NCBI RefSeq assembly: GCF_964204645.1
Contig: NC_134033.1
Span: 11,292,655 to 11,356,654 of the forward strand
Length of the DNA stretch: 64,000 nucleotides
Direction: 5' to 3'
Source of the DNA: Tubulanus polymorphus
Lineage: Eukaryota > Animalia > Nemertea
The notes beneath the pieces were generated by a model. That model was given only the letters and a program-made list of their open reading frames with translations, ran no database searches and was not told where the DNA came from. The position numbers and the translations under genes are program-made. Below are positions 34,726 through 46,700 of this stretch, piece after piece (the stretch's first letter is position 1; each line of letters starts with the position of its first letter).

Positions 34726-37700
34726 ATGTTCTCCTCTGATTATCGGTCCGATGATCGTAATTTTGGAAGGATCACTCCTATGGAAGCGTTCTGGGATAAA
34801 CAACGAGATGGGTAAGTCTTCACAGTCACCTTGAAAATTATCTTTTGCCGGTTGTGAAGTAGTCTATTTTTACTTTCACTATTGGCCGATTTTGGCCGTC
34901 GGTAAATGAGCGGTTCGCTTAATCGGTTATTGAGCGGTTTTCCGGTGGTAAATCGTCGGTAAATGAGTGATTTTGTTGTCGGAAAATTGTCGGAAAACTG
35001 TCCACCTTTCCGACAATTAACCGACGCTTCACGGAGTCGAAAGATCGTCGGTTATTCGTCGATAAGCGCAACCGTCATATTTCCGACAGTTTTCGACGCT
35101 CCACATCGGTGACGTCATTAAATAGATTTCTACCGGGTAACGCTCCTTTCGCACCCGGAACTACGTTACTGCGTGGTGAACTAGGTCATCACTTATATAC
35201 ACACACCAGTTCGACTTAATACACGGATTTTCATTAGACACATACGCAAGGCTCATGAGCTCGTTTTTACTGCAATAACAGCTGCTTTTCAACAGTTCAA
35301 GGCATTAATTTTCAATAAATTTCTCCGCGTTTGGTAAGTACCGGCATGAAATATTTGTTTTGTGAATGTTTCATGTCACTAGGCTATGTAAGTTTTTTTG
35401 CTGGCGGATTTTTTAGCCGTTAGCCGAGCGTACTACGTGCACGACGTAGTCGTAGAGTTCATCAGTTAGAGGCCTATGATGGCCTAGTTTTATCGTGGTG
35501 GATCCACTACGTAAAAAATGATACTATGACTTGATGACTGGTAGATTAAATGTATGGTGACCTCAGGCCAAGTTGACCATTTGTTGGCATGGGCATGGAA
35601 TATGCTTTATTACTGCTTTGCTCAAGTACTGCTAGGCAAATAGTTTTTTTTCGAATTTTTTTTTCAATCCCCCGACACGTGTTACTCAAACTGTCAATGT
35701 ATTGGAAAACCCAAAAGACGTCACTTTGTAGTGATGAGAAATGATTTGGAAATAGCTACATACACCCAAAGAAGCTAAAAGGTAAGCATAACTTCAATAA
35801 ATATAACATTTTATATTTAATCATTCAAAAGTATAAAATTATGAATTTAATAACGAAACAAGTATACTAGTAGGTATTTGAAATTAATTTAATAATAATT
35901 TGAAATTGTTTGTAACGATAACTGTAACGCCTTTTTTCCATTTGGGTCGTATCAATTTGCCAAGATTTGTCATACATTTTATAACCACCAGATAGTTTCC
36001 ATCTGAATAGAAATGTGACATTTCAGTTATAGAGTCTTTTTTTTATAAGATGTTTTGTGCAAAAATAATAAAGCTTACCTTCTTTCTGTTTTTTCAATAC
36101 GCATTGCCCAATTACATTATCCTCCGGGCAAGTTATGTCGAAAGTCTTTTCTGTTGATTGTTGTTGCTTCTTCTTTCTAAGATTATTGAAATTAGAAGAA
36201 AATGATATATCGTATATGTTCCCGGAGATGACTTTTGATGTGCATTCATCTGGGAAGATACTTAACTCAGTGATGAATACATCTTAGTGAAATGAAATTT
36301 TTTTAAAGCCAATGCTGTTTTTTTTATAATGATTGAAGTTCTATACAAATTTAAACTACCGTAATGACGTAAACTATATTTTATAGCCAACATCCTTTTC
36401 TTGTAATTTGCTCTTATCTGTGTATTGTATTCAACTTAGCTTCTTCAAACCTGTACATACCTTGCTTCTGTATCTCTTCTGTTCTTCTTATACGATTTTA
36501 TTTCTTTATTGATAGTATTTAGACTCATATGAGTGCCCATTTTATTCAATTCTTCTTGTATCTGCAAAGTAGAATTTCATTCTCTGCTGTAGTGAAAATA
36601 AGGATTCTTTATAAATTGCACAAGCAATTTGATAACAATGTACCATTTTCGTCGCTTTCATCAAGTTTTGTTCAATATTACACACCACTTTTACTAAATC
36701 CTAGAGATAAAAAACTACTTTCATTTTTATATTTTCATCAGTAGTAGAATGAGGATTTGAGATTAAAATTGTAATCTAACTTTTTACCCTGAATAGTTTT
36801 CTTTCTGCCGTCATTGTTGTACCTTTTTCTTTCTTTTTCTTTGTCATCATTAATTCTCCTACAGATACGAATAGTTTATTATTAAGTTTCCAATTATTAT
36901 TTATTTTCATACAACTTGAATATACTCAAATACATCTTGTTCAGTTGCTACCTTTGTTTATCAGGCTCCAATCTGCAAGATAGAGAAAGCAATTTAAGAT
37001 TTAACTAAATTTAGTCATGAATTATTGAATATCGATCTCATAAAATTATATGAACGATACCTTGGTCTGTTAGTCCTATGTCTGCCAATGCCATATTTTT
37101 GTAAAAGTTGTATTTTCCTTGAAAAATAATAGCCTACACTGAAAATTGAATGTTTGGATCTCTCATTTCTTATCTTTAAAGATAATTAAAGATGCCTTTA
37201 AAGGCATTTCTTAACAAAACACAATAATCATAAGAAATGTAGGCCCCTATAAGAAATGTATAAGAATTGTATAAGAAACTAAATAGTTTATTTTTACAGA
37301 AACAAACGTACCTGGAATTGCAATGTGTCAAATTTGTCTGAGCAGAAGACAATTGCTTGTAGGTGGCAGCACCTTTCAGCATATATTTTTCAAAAGTCAA
37401 ATGTTCAAGAACGATTTTTTTATGATCAACAAATTGTTTTTAATTCATTATCTTCTATGTTCTATTTTATATTGTTATAAAATCAAATTAAATTCAGATA
37501 AAATATAGTAAAGCGATCTAGCTTTTTAGGTAACATTAGCGGTACATGAAAATCGTCAGCAGCTGAGCTACTACTAGCGCCATCTATCGGACTCCAATTG
37601 AAGCTGTTCATTGTTTGCAAATTTTTGAAATAACTGAAAATAATGAAACTGAAAATAATGGATAATCGAAAAACCTCAAGTTTTCAGGTGACAGTAAACT

Positions 37701-40700
37701 GATATCTAACTTAGGCTTTAGACTTTCTATCATGTTATACGAAATCAGAATAGAAAGGAAATGAGATTAAGATTTTTTTGTTACATAAAATTTTCATACT
37801 TGCCTGTGTATTTGTTATATTTATACCAATGATAAAGCCCATATCCTGGGATATTCTTCTGCCGTGATGATTTGGCATTTCAGAAGATGTCGCAAGGGTA
37901 CTAGACATGGATCGTACATGTCTTCTCTTAAGTCACTCCACCAAAAGCCAGTTTCATGATCAATGTGTGGCCTGCTTAAGCATGCTATTAATGCTAGTTC
38001 CTTTAATTGATAGGTACTTATTATTAATTTGGATTAAATCATTATTATTTAATTCAAACCGATAAAATTCCAGTACACATACCTCCCCATTGCATTTTAT
38101 AAATTTCAATAATTTTGAAATGTACGTATATTGGACTTGACCCTCAACAATGACTTCATTTCTATGCCCTCTGTTTTCAGCTTCTTCAAACTCAATTTGT
38201 AAGTACGAACTGCATGTTTTTATTCGGTGATTTTCTTCATAGCTGCCATGTACAAAATTTCACAGTGCATGTTAACTTATCAAACCAGATGTAAAATAGA
38301 ATAAAAAGATAATTTATGATTTCATTCTATTTTACCTCAATTGGATAGAATATGAGTTTTTTGTCTATCTCACCTGACTGTTCGAAAGTGGTACAGCATC
38401 TCCGAATCATGGTCTGGTAATACGGCCATGTCGTATACTTCGACTGGACCGAAGTTATTGCTGAAAAAGGAAGAATTAGCGATACACTTACATATATAAT
38501 CAGTCATGACTATTTTGTTAATATTGGTAAAGATTTCTTTTTATTTGTTTGTACCCGTCGAAATATTGAATCAAAGCCTCTAAAACTTGATGTGCGGGAA
38601 GAATGATTTCGGAATACCCATACAGATTTGAATGTATGTTCCTGTGACAATAATTTCTGTATGTAGTTGAAGTGGTCATTGGCTGGTGGTCATCAACATG
38701 CTCGAAATCCTGTTGATTATAAAAAAGAAAGAAAGAGGTTTCATTTCAAAGGGGATCATTTCTTTAATACTTATTTTCGATTATGATTTCATGTCATTTG
38801 GAATCTTACATTGGGTAGCAGTGATCGAAGCGCATTAGGTAGATCGTCCATATTAAGTAAATGCCTCGCTGAGTTAAACGTGAGTAGTGCCTGAAAAATT
38901 GTCATTATCATTTCATGTCCATATTATCTTGAAATATTGAAAACTGATGGCTCTTACCTTATGTTTTTTCATCAAACTCTTTTCAACATTTTGCTTTGCA
39001 GTATTCATTTGTTTCAGTTTATGGATGCATGACTCGGAGGAAAACATATGAATGGAATGAGCCGTGCCAAACTTACTAATCGAGTCAATTATGTGGTGAT
39101 GAAGGTGACAATGAAGGGTGAGTAAAGACGCAGGGTAAAATTTTTCTATGTCAACCAAGATTGCAGAAATCTGTGTGGTCAGTTCTTGCCATTCGGCATT
39201 TGTATTTGAATTGTAGATATCTGAAATAGAATAGAAAGATAGTCATTTTATATTTTCAAATGTTACATTTTGTGCCTATGATTGACACTTACTTCCTACT
39301 AGTTTACAATACTTGAAGAATGTCCTTCTCTGATGCACTCCAAGCATACCTCGCAAACAGAAAATTAATGGAGAATGAATTGCACCCTAAAATGAAGATG
39401 ATAAGTATGAAGACACGGTAATATGTTTTTCTCTTAAAAAAAAAAGTAATTCTATTTATTTTATTGAATATTTACTTCAATGTAGTCGTACGATTTCATG
39501 TTGCTACTAGGATCGAATGGATTTCCCTCTGTTCTGAATGAACATCCTAATGGCGCCTTAATACATGCCCATCTCTCTTTCATAAGTTCTTTTTCTTGGG
39601 CTGATAGGTTCCATTCAGCTGGTGGCAGATTTTCATCGATGAGCTGAAAAAGAATTAATGAAATAAGCTTAAGACTCAAGTGCCATGATTATCTTACAGA
39701 ATAGCACTATATAAACAAATAAATTATTATCATAAGGGATAATTTATTTATTTTATTTTTATTTATTTATTTTACCTACGCACTAGGGGAGGGGTAACTG
39801 TAAATGCGTACTGTAATGCTTAATGTATATTAAAAAAATGGCTTATTTTGTGTACAAGGGGAGGGGTTGAAACAGTAAAATTTTATGCAATAAATGAATG
39901 ATCCCTAATTATTAAAAGGAGCTGAAATTAGTTAATGAAAATTTATTGTAGAAAATGTAATAGTGCTACAAACCCAACATTGTTCATTTCGCAATAGCAT
40001 TTCTTCGTACTGTCTTACTCTTGCACCATCTCTCACTTCGTTGCCATTGAATGCTTCGATAAATTTCTTTATCATACCACTGATGGTATGCATAGGATCC
40101 AATGCAATGATATCATTGACATTTGTTTCATCTAAATCAAACAGAATCGACCGCCCTTTGAAGCCGAGTTCCTGCCTAACTATTCCTAAGATTTCAAATG
40201 AACATATTATAACGCATTTTATGAATTTTTCTTTAAGTTGATGGTAATTCTTTATTGATGTACCGTTATTAACTCTGTTTGCACTTCTCAACATAATGCC
40301 ATGGGTTTTTTCTTCAGGCGGATGTCGCACCTCGATATTTCTAGTCGTTGAATTTCCATCATCGCTGATTAATGGTGCATCTTCTTCAATTCGCTGCACA
40401 TGATTAACTGGTAAGTATCTGATACGAAAATCAGAAGCAATGTTTCTAAGAATATATCTTAACATACAATTGGTATTCAAATGTAGAATTTTTTCTTGCC
40501 TCCGATTCTGATGGTAGATCATTCTATTCAACGGTTGTGGGTGAATACCATGATGGCAACATTTTATGCACCCATCAAAGCCAGCTGCTGTCTGATGCAT
40601 CAATGTCAAACAGTGACTCTCGTAATCACCCCTGATCATTAACAACTTGCCCTGATTGATAAAATATAGTTATGGCGAATGCACTACATTTATTTTTGGA

Positions 40701-43700
40701 GTACATCTTTTTCAAGTCGAGGATAAATAATTTTGACTGGGGTATTCTGATATGAATTATTTACCTTTAATTCGAAGTGTTCAAGATTACGACTTCCGTC
40801 TATTGTTGGTACGCCTTGCAATAATTCATTGATTTCAGTAATTAATGGCTCTAAAAAGCCGTTTACGCTTTTTCGTTTGTTCATTTTCATTAATCCATAT
40901 ATGAAAGTATTTTCATATGCCTTCCCTTCTGATGGTCTTAAATTGATAAAACCAGTTCTTATTATTCCTCAGACTTCTATCAATTAATATTATGATATGT
41001 TGTATATCGGAGACATCAATTTCACTACATGTACCTTAGATTTAAAAAGTTGATCATGATCGGCCACACTGTATATTTCTTGTGTCTGAATGCGTTAGTG
41101 CCGTCCATCGTTAGGGCCAATCCTAGGCATCGCCTATCACCTTGGAACAGTCCATCCTCAGAAAAGAGACGTTGCCATGTTTCCGTTTGATGCAGGTTGA
41201 ATATTCTATTAAAATAATGTGTAGATATATTTTAGTAAGCTGATGATGACGTCAGTAATAGGGATAATAGGCTTTCAGATCAAAGGTTGAAGGGTCGAGT
41301 GAGTAAAAAATGAAAATAACTATAATTTACAGTTGAATCTAACTCATACAAATATGAATATTGAAATAATGTTGTAAATATATCTATTATGTAAGAGCTT
41401 ACACTTTTATATTGAATAATCTATCAATTTAAATGTTATTCATTTACATGATTATTTTAAGAGTAATAGGGATAATAGGCTTTCAGGTTAAAGGTTGAAG
41501 GGGCGAGTGAGTAAAAAATGAAAATAACAATAATTAACAGTTGAATTAGGAGTGTGCGCGACTAATTCAACTGTAAATTATAGTTATTTTCATTTTTTAC
41601 TCACTCGACCCTTCGACCTTTGATCTGAAAGCCTATTATCCCTATTACTGACGTCATCACAACCCCCCATTATGTAGAATAGTAGCTACCTACCTTTCAC
41701 CATCATTTGGTCTTAAATATTCAGTGACCCTACGCGCCATGTTGAAGTGTTCATATTGTCCTAGAGAGAGATCAAAGAGATGTATTTTAACACTTCTAAA
41801 CAGAATCTAGTTTTATTCATACCTAGATAAAATCAAATAATTAACCATTATGCAGATATCATATATCTTAGATGGTTTACCTTTCAGATATGGGATAAGT
41901 GGCATCCACGTGAATATAGTAGTCTCAGCAGACCCACATTTGTCACATCGTTCAAGATGGCGATTGTTCCTCCAAAACATCATACAACCATTCGTACACA
42001 CTTTTTCGCTACGCATATTCCCGAATATATATTTTTCTAACGTCTCTAGCTGTTTTACAGAGCGTGGTGTTATATTCGGTTGGGGTAAAATGTGGTGTAT
42101 CATATTCAGTGTTCTTGTCATTTCTGTTTTCGATATGCCAGTGGTTGCTCTCGCATATAGTGATGTAACAATGCCGATATACTGTATGAGATTGATATCC
42201 GAACCTTCATAAATAGGTTGTTGAAAAATCTCGTGGTCACCATAGTTACCTACATCAGCCTCTCCATCGTCATCACCACCATCATCCCCTCCATCACCAT
42301 CATCCTCTCCATCATCATCATCATCATCATCCTCTCCATCATCATCACCATCATCGCCATCATCGTCCCCTCCTTCATCATCACCATTATCATCACCATC
42401 ATCATCCCGTCCATCTCCCTCATCTGCTCCATCTCCAATTGCTCCATCTTCATCATTCGCTCCATCTTCATCCTCTCTATAATCATCTCCATCACCATCC
42501 CCTCCATCATCTTCAAATCTTCTATTGTTATTTCCACCATCGTATTCGGCATGATTTCCTGCACCTTCAACTGTATTTTCGATGATACCACATTCCACGC
42601 TAATCTATGTAAATAAGCATGATTTATAAAGCAATAACTTATTACTCTACATAACATTTAGCCAGATAAAAAGGATATTTGTGGGCGAGTTGGTAAGTAA
42701 ATTTATTTCGAGGTCATTAATGAGGTAGTAAATGGTTTTGCTAAATTTTATTATTATTATTTGAGTCCCAGCCATAAAGACTTGCCTTTAATTCTTTTGT
42801 ACTTTCGTTAATTAGAACATCTTCAAATTTTCTCTTGTGCCTTTTCCGGGTTCTGCGGCACACCATATTGCCATGACATTTTGCACAAAAGCAGATCACC
42901 TTTGACATTGCAACTGAAACTATATACAATTTTGAAACTAGAATATATTGAATATTCTTGAATGGGCTTTTGGTTGATCGCATCTACCCCGTACGTAGTT
43001 CCTTTTCGTGGGTTGAAATATTTTTTGTTTGCATTTTAAGATGGACTGGAACAAAACAAAATGATTTGAAATTCGTTTTTTATTTGATTATTTTCAACTT
43101 TAATGAAAACCTCGATGGGCTGCAGAAGAAAATAAAAACTGAAAATTGTATCCTGAACAGTTAATTGCGTGGGTTATCAGATAGATGGCGTATGGGGTAG
43201 AGACGTTCTTGGGAAAGTTGAGGCTTTTCAAAATCGACGCAGCTGGTTTTTCCTATGTTAGGCCAGATAAACAAATACCTAGTTTCTCAAGAAAGTCAAA
43301 TGCCGCCCGCGTCATTAAGAGTGCCCAATAAACATTGAAAAGTAAAATGTGCCCTCATCGCCAAAGCATCTATCGTGTTTTTTTTATCACAAACGCCGCT
43401 CGTCTGCATCTGTAAATTGTAACACAGTCGTTTTTTTCCTACAGGCTATGCGTCTATCATGTCAACACGCCGAACTGGTCATTGAGTTGTTAAGTCGAGG
43501 AAAATGATTGTGGCCGGATGATCGCCTCCGTTTCGATGCCGTAATAAGACGATATTGTTTAATCTCATAAGTTTAGCGTTAATAAGCATTTGCCATATCT
43601 TCTTGTAAGTATTTGTCTTTGAGGCACCGTCTTTGGCATTGGTCTGGAATGGTGAGCGGAAATTAACGATTGAGAAACTTTGGAGAAATATTTGGTTGTT

Positions 43701-46700
43701 ATCAGTAGAAGTCAAATAATACCATTAGTCTGCCTGCTGGTGCTGGTAAGTCATTAAATAGCCACCGGGCAGTTCTAAAATCTTGAAATCTGCTTTTTAA
43801 ATAAATATTACAGATAGAATAAGTTACAGTGGTTTATTTGTTCAATTCGTGGATTTGATGTCACATCGCATTTTAAGGATCTCGAGCCTCCACTTAACCG
43901 TGGGTTGTGATTCGAGTTGGTTCTTTAGGCTAAAAAATTGATACCTTGTTTCTCTGCTCTGCTGAGATTGAAACCTGGCCGTGCTGGCCGCCTATCTACC
44001 CTATACATATTTTTTTTAATCGTGTTCAATTTTACCTTAACAGACCCGGCAGCTATAGAAATGAACTGTTTAATTATAAAATAGGCCAATGATATTTTCC
44101 AAAATGACCCGGCCCATGCGAAGAAACTAGGTATTGTTTGTGTTTAGCCTTAGACTTTTTGTTAGAAATAAGAATAACACAAGTCAACTGAAAATTTCAT
44201 TTTAATTCAATTTTGAACTTTATTTGACACGTGGACCTATTCAACATCGTACATTTTCATTAATACCTGGAACCATTTTCATAAGAATATTTTAGCGTTC
44301 TGTTGGTGCTGCCATCTGTAATTCAGTTTCGAAATTATGTTATCTTATAATTCGCATATCTTCATGAAAAGCGCCGCGAGTACGTCATCATTATTTTGTT
44401 TTAATGTCATTTTTGTTTGCCATTTGGCGAGTATGACATGCACAAATCGCGCTTTTGGTTGATCGCATCTACCGTCGGTACCTCTTTCGTATGTGCCGCT
44501 CTCCCGGTACACACCGAGCAGAATGTTCGTATAGTGCTGTAAATAATACAATGATAGATAATGGAGAAACTTACATACAATTTTCGTCTGTATTTAGTCA
44601 AATCTGCTGATCTGGGTATAGCTGTTAACGGTGCTGCGTTGACTTACGAAGTGAATTTTGAACATCGTTAGAAACTGATTGCACTGTTGGGAGTATCATG
44701 GCAACTCTCAAAAACCGACGATTTTCCGCTAGTACTCAGTCTATCGGAAATTCGTCGGAAAATCTTCGATAATCCATTTCGTCGGAAAATTATCTGTTAA
44801 TAACCGCTAAAAATCCGACATTATTTAACCGAAAAAAAACCACTGTTTTACCGTCTAATTACCGACAATCAATCGACCACGTAACCGCTCATTTACCGCA
44901 AGGGCCAATAGTGTTTTCCAAGATTTGTCCAAGATCTTTTTGGGATATTTCGCTTAATTTTGGGTGTGCATACCTTAAATAGGTCTTAATTGAATCAGCT
45001 GAGTTGTGCAGTCCAGATAAATCATCGTTTTTATATCCATTTGACCGTGTCTGTCTCTCTGCCTGCCTGTCCTAATTTGAACAAGAAATATTCATACTTT
45101 GATTTATAGGTTGAAGAAAGTTCGTTCGCAGTTATTGAAAAGGAACGCATCACGAGCGTCGAGACTCGCTTCACGCCGTAGTTCAGGAGCAGCAGCAGCT
45201 CGAGATTTAAATGGTGGACGGAGTGTCGCTAGCTCGGTGCCTTCACGACGCACTTCATTACCAACTCCACCCGCTCAACGCAGTTCTCCAGCTCAATTAC
45301 CACGGTAATACTATATAACATCATTAAAAGCCACCTGTATCCACCCTGACTGTTACTCCTCAAGCCGCCCGAATCCACCCTGACTTACTCCGCAAGCCGC
45401 CCGAATCCACCCTGACTGTTACTCCTCAAGCCGCCCGTATCCACCCTGACTATTACTCCTCAAGCCGCCCGAATCCACCCTGACTGTTACTCCTCAAGCC
45501 ACCTGTATCCACCCTGACTATTACTCCTCAAGCCGCCCAAATCCACCCTGACTGTTACTCCTCAAGCCACCTGTATCCACCCTGACTATTACTCCTCAAG
45601 CCACCTGTATCCACCCTGACTATTACGCCTCAAGCCACCCGTATCCACCCTGACTGTTACTCCTCAAGCCACCCGTATCCACCCTGACTATTACTCCTCA
45701 AGCCACCTGTATCCACCCTGAGTATTACTCCTCAAGCCGCCCGAATCCACCCTGACTATTACTCTTCAAGCCGCCCGAATCCACCCTGACTGTTACTCCT
45801 CAAGCCACCTGTATCCACCCTGACTGTTACTCCTCAAGCCGTCCGAATCCACCCTGACTATTACTCCTCAAGCCACCTGTATCCACCCTGATTATTACTC
45901 CTCAAGCCGCCCAAATCCACCCTGACTGTTACTCCTCAAGCCACCTGTATCCACCCTGACTATTACGCCTCAAGCCACCCGTATCCACCCTGACTGTTAC
46001 TCCTCAAGCCACCCGTATCCACCCTGACTATTACTCAAGCCACCTGTATCCACCCTGAGTATTACTCCTCAAGTCGCCCGAATCCACCCTGACTATTACT
46101 CTTCAAGCCGCCCGAATCCACCCTGACTATTACTCCTCAAGCCACCTGTATGCAACCTGACTATTACTCCGATTTGTCTTTTCAGAATTCAAACTCCTCC
46201 ACGTCACGAGAAATTCCATTCGAAGTCTCGTCTACGCGGTACGAAATATGACATCATACCTCCCGTACGAGCTGCTCAACGCAGAAACCGGTACGTACTG
46301 TTAGATGATGAATACTCTGAATTAGGCCTATCACCTGGAGACAGTTTAATGAAAAAAAGTTTTTTTCATGGTCCTCGCAAAACCACAAAATACTCATCCT
46401 ACCTCTGCAGGGACTCGAACCTGATGGCATCGCTACACTCAGCCACGGCACGAACCCCTGCATCAGTAGACCGGGTGCGCAGGTACATGCGCAGCTTTCC
46501 GAACGAAAACTGGCGGCACCAATCAGATTGCTCGTTGTATAATCGTTGAGGCAAATTTCAAGGAAGAACTATAAATGGGAAAACCCGGGCTAAAAAAAAA
46601 CGGGATTTCTGATTGGCTAAAAATCACATCATCTGAACTGCGCATGTATCTGCGCACACGGTCGATTATGGCAGGGTTTCGTGCCGTGGCAATCTCGATG

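Larger units (their letters stand above)
34877..44913 (-). mobile_element. Complete CACTA/EnSpm DNA transposon (10,037 bp)
   Basis: TIRs CACTATTGGCC / GGCCAATAGTG, TTT on both flanks, inverted subterminal repeats (cggtaaatgagcggtt / aaccgctcatttaccg; many gtcgga/tccgac motifs) and an internal transposase. Confidence 0.92.

Noticed and set aside
42218-42657. Poly-Ile (+) and poly-Met (-) ORFs
   Set aside because: Alternative frames of the GAT-rich acidic tract of the transposase.
45328-46170. CRISPR-like array of 34-bp repeats
   Set aside because: There are no unique spacers, the units are contiguous, the context is a eukaryotic intron and no cas genes are present.
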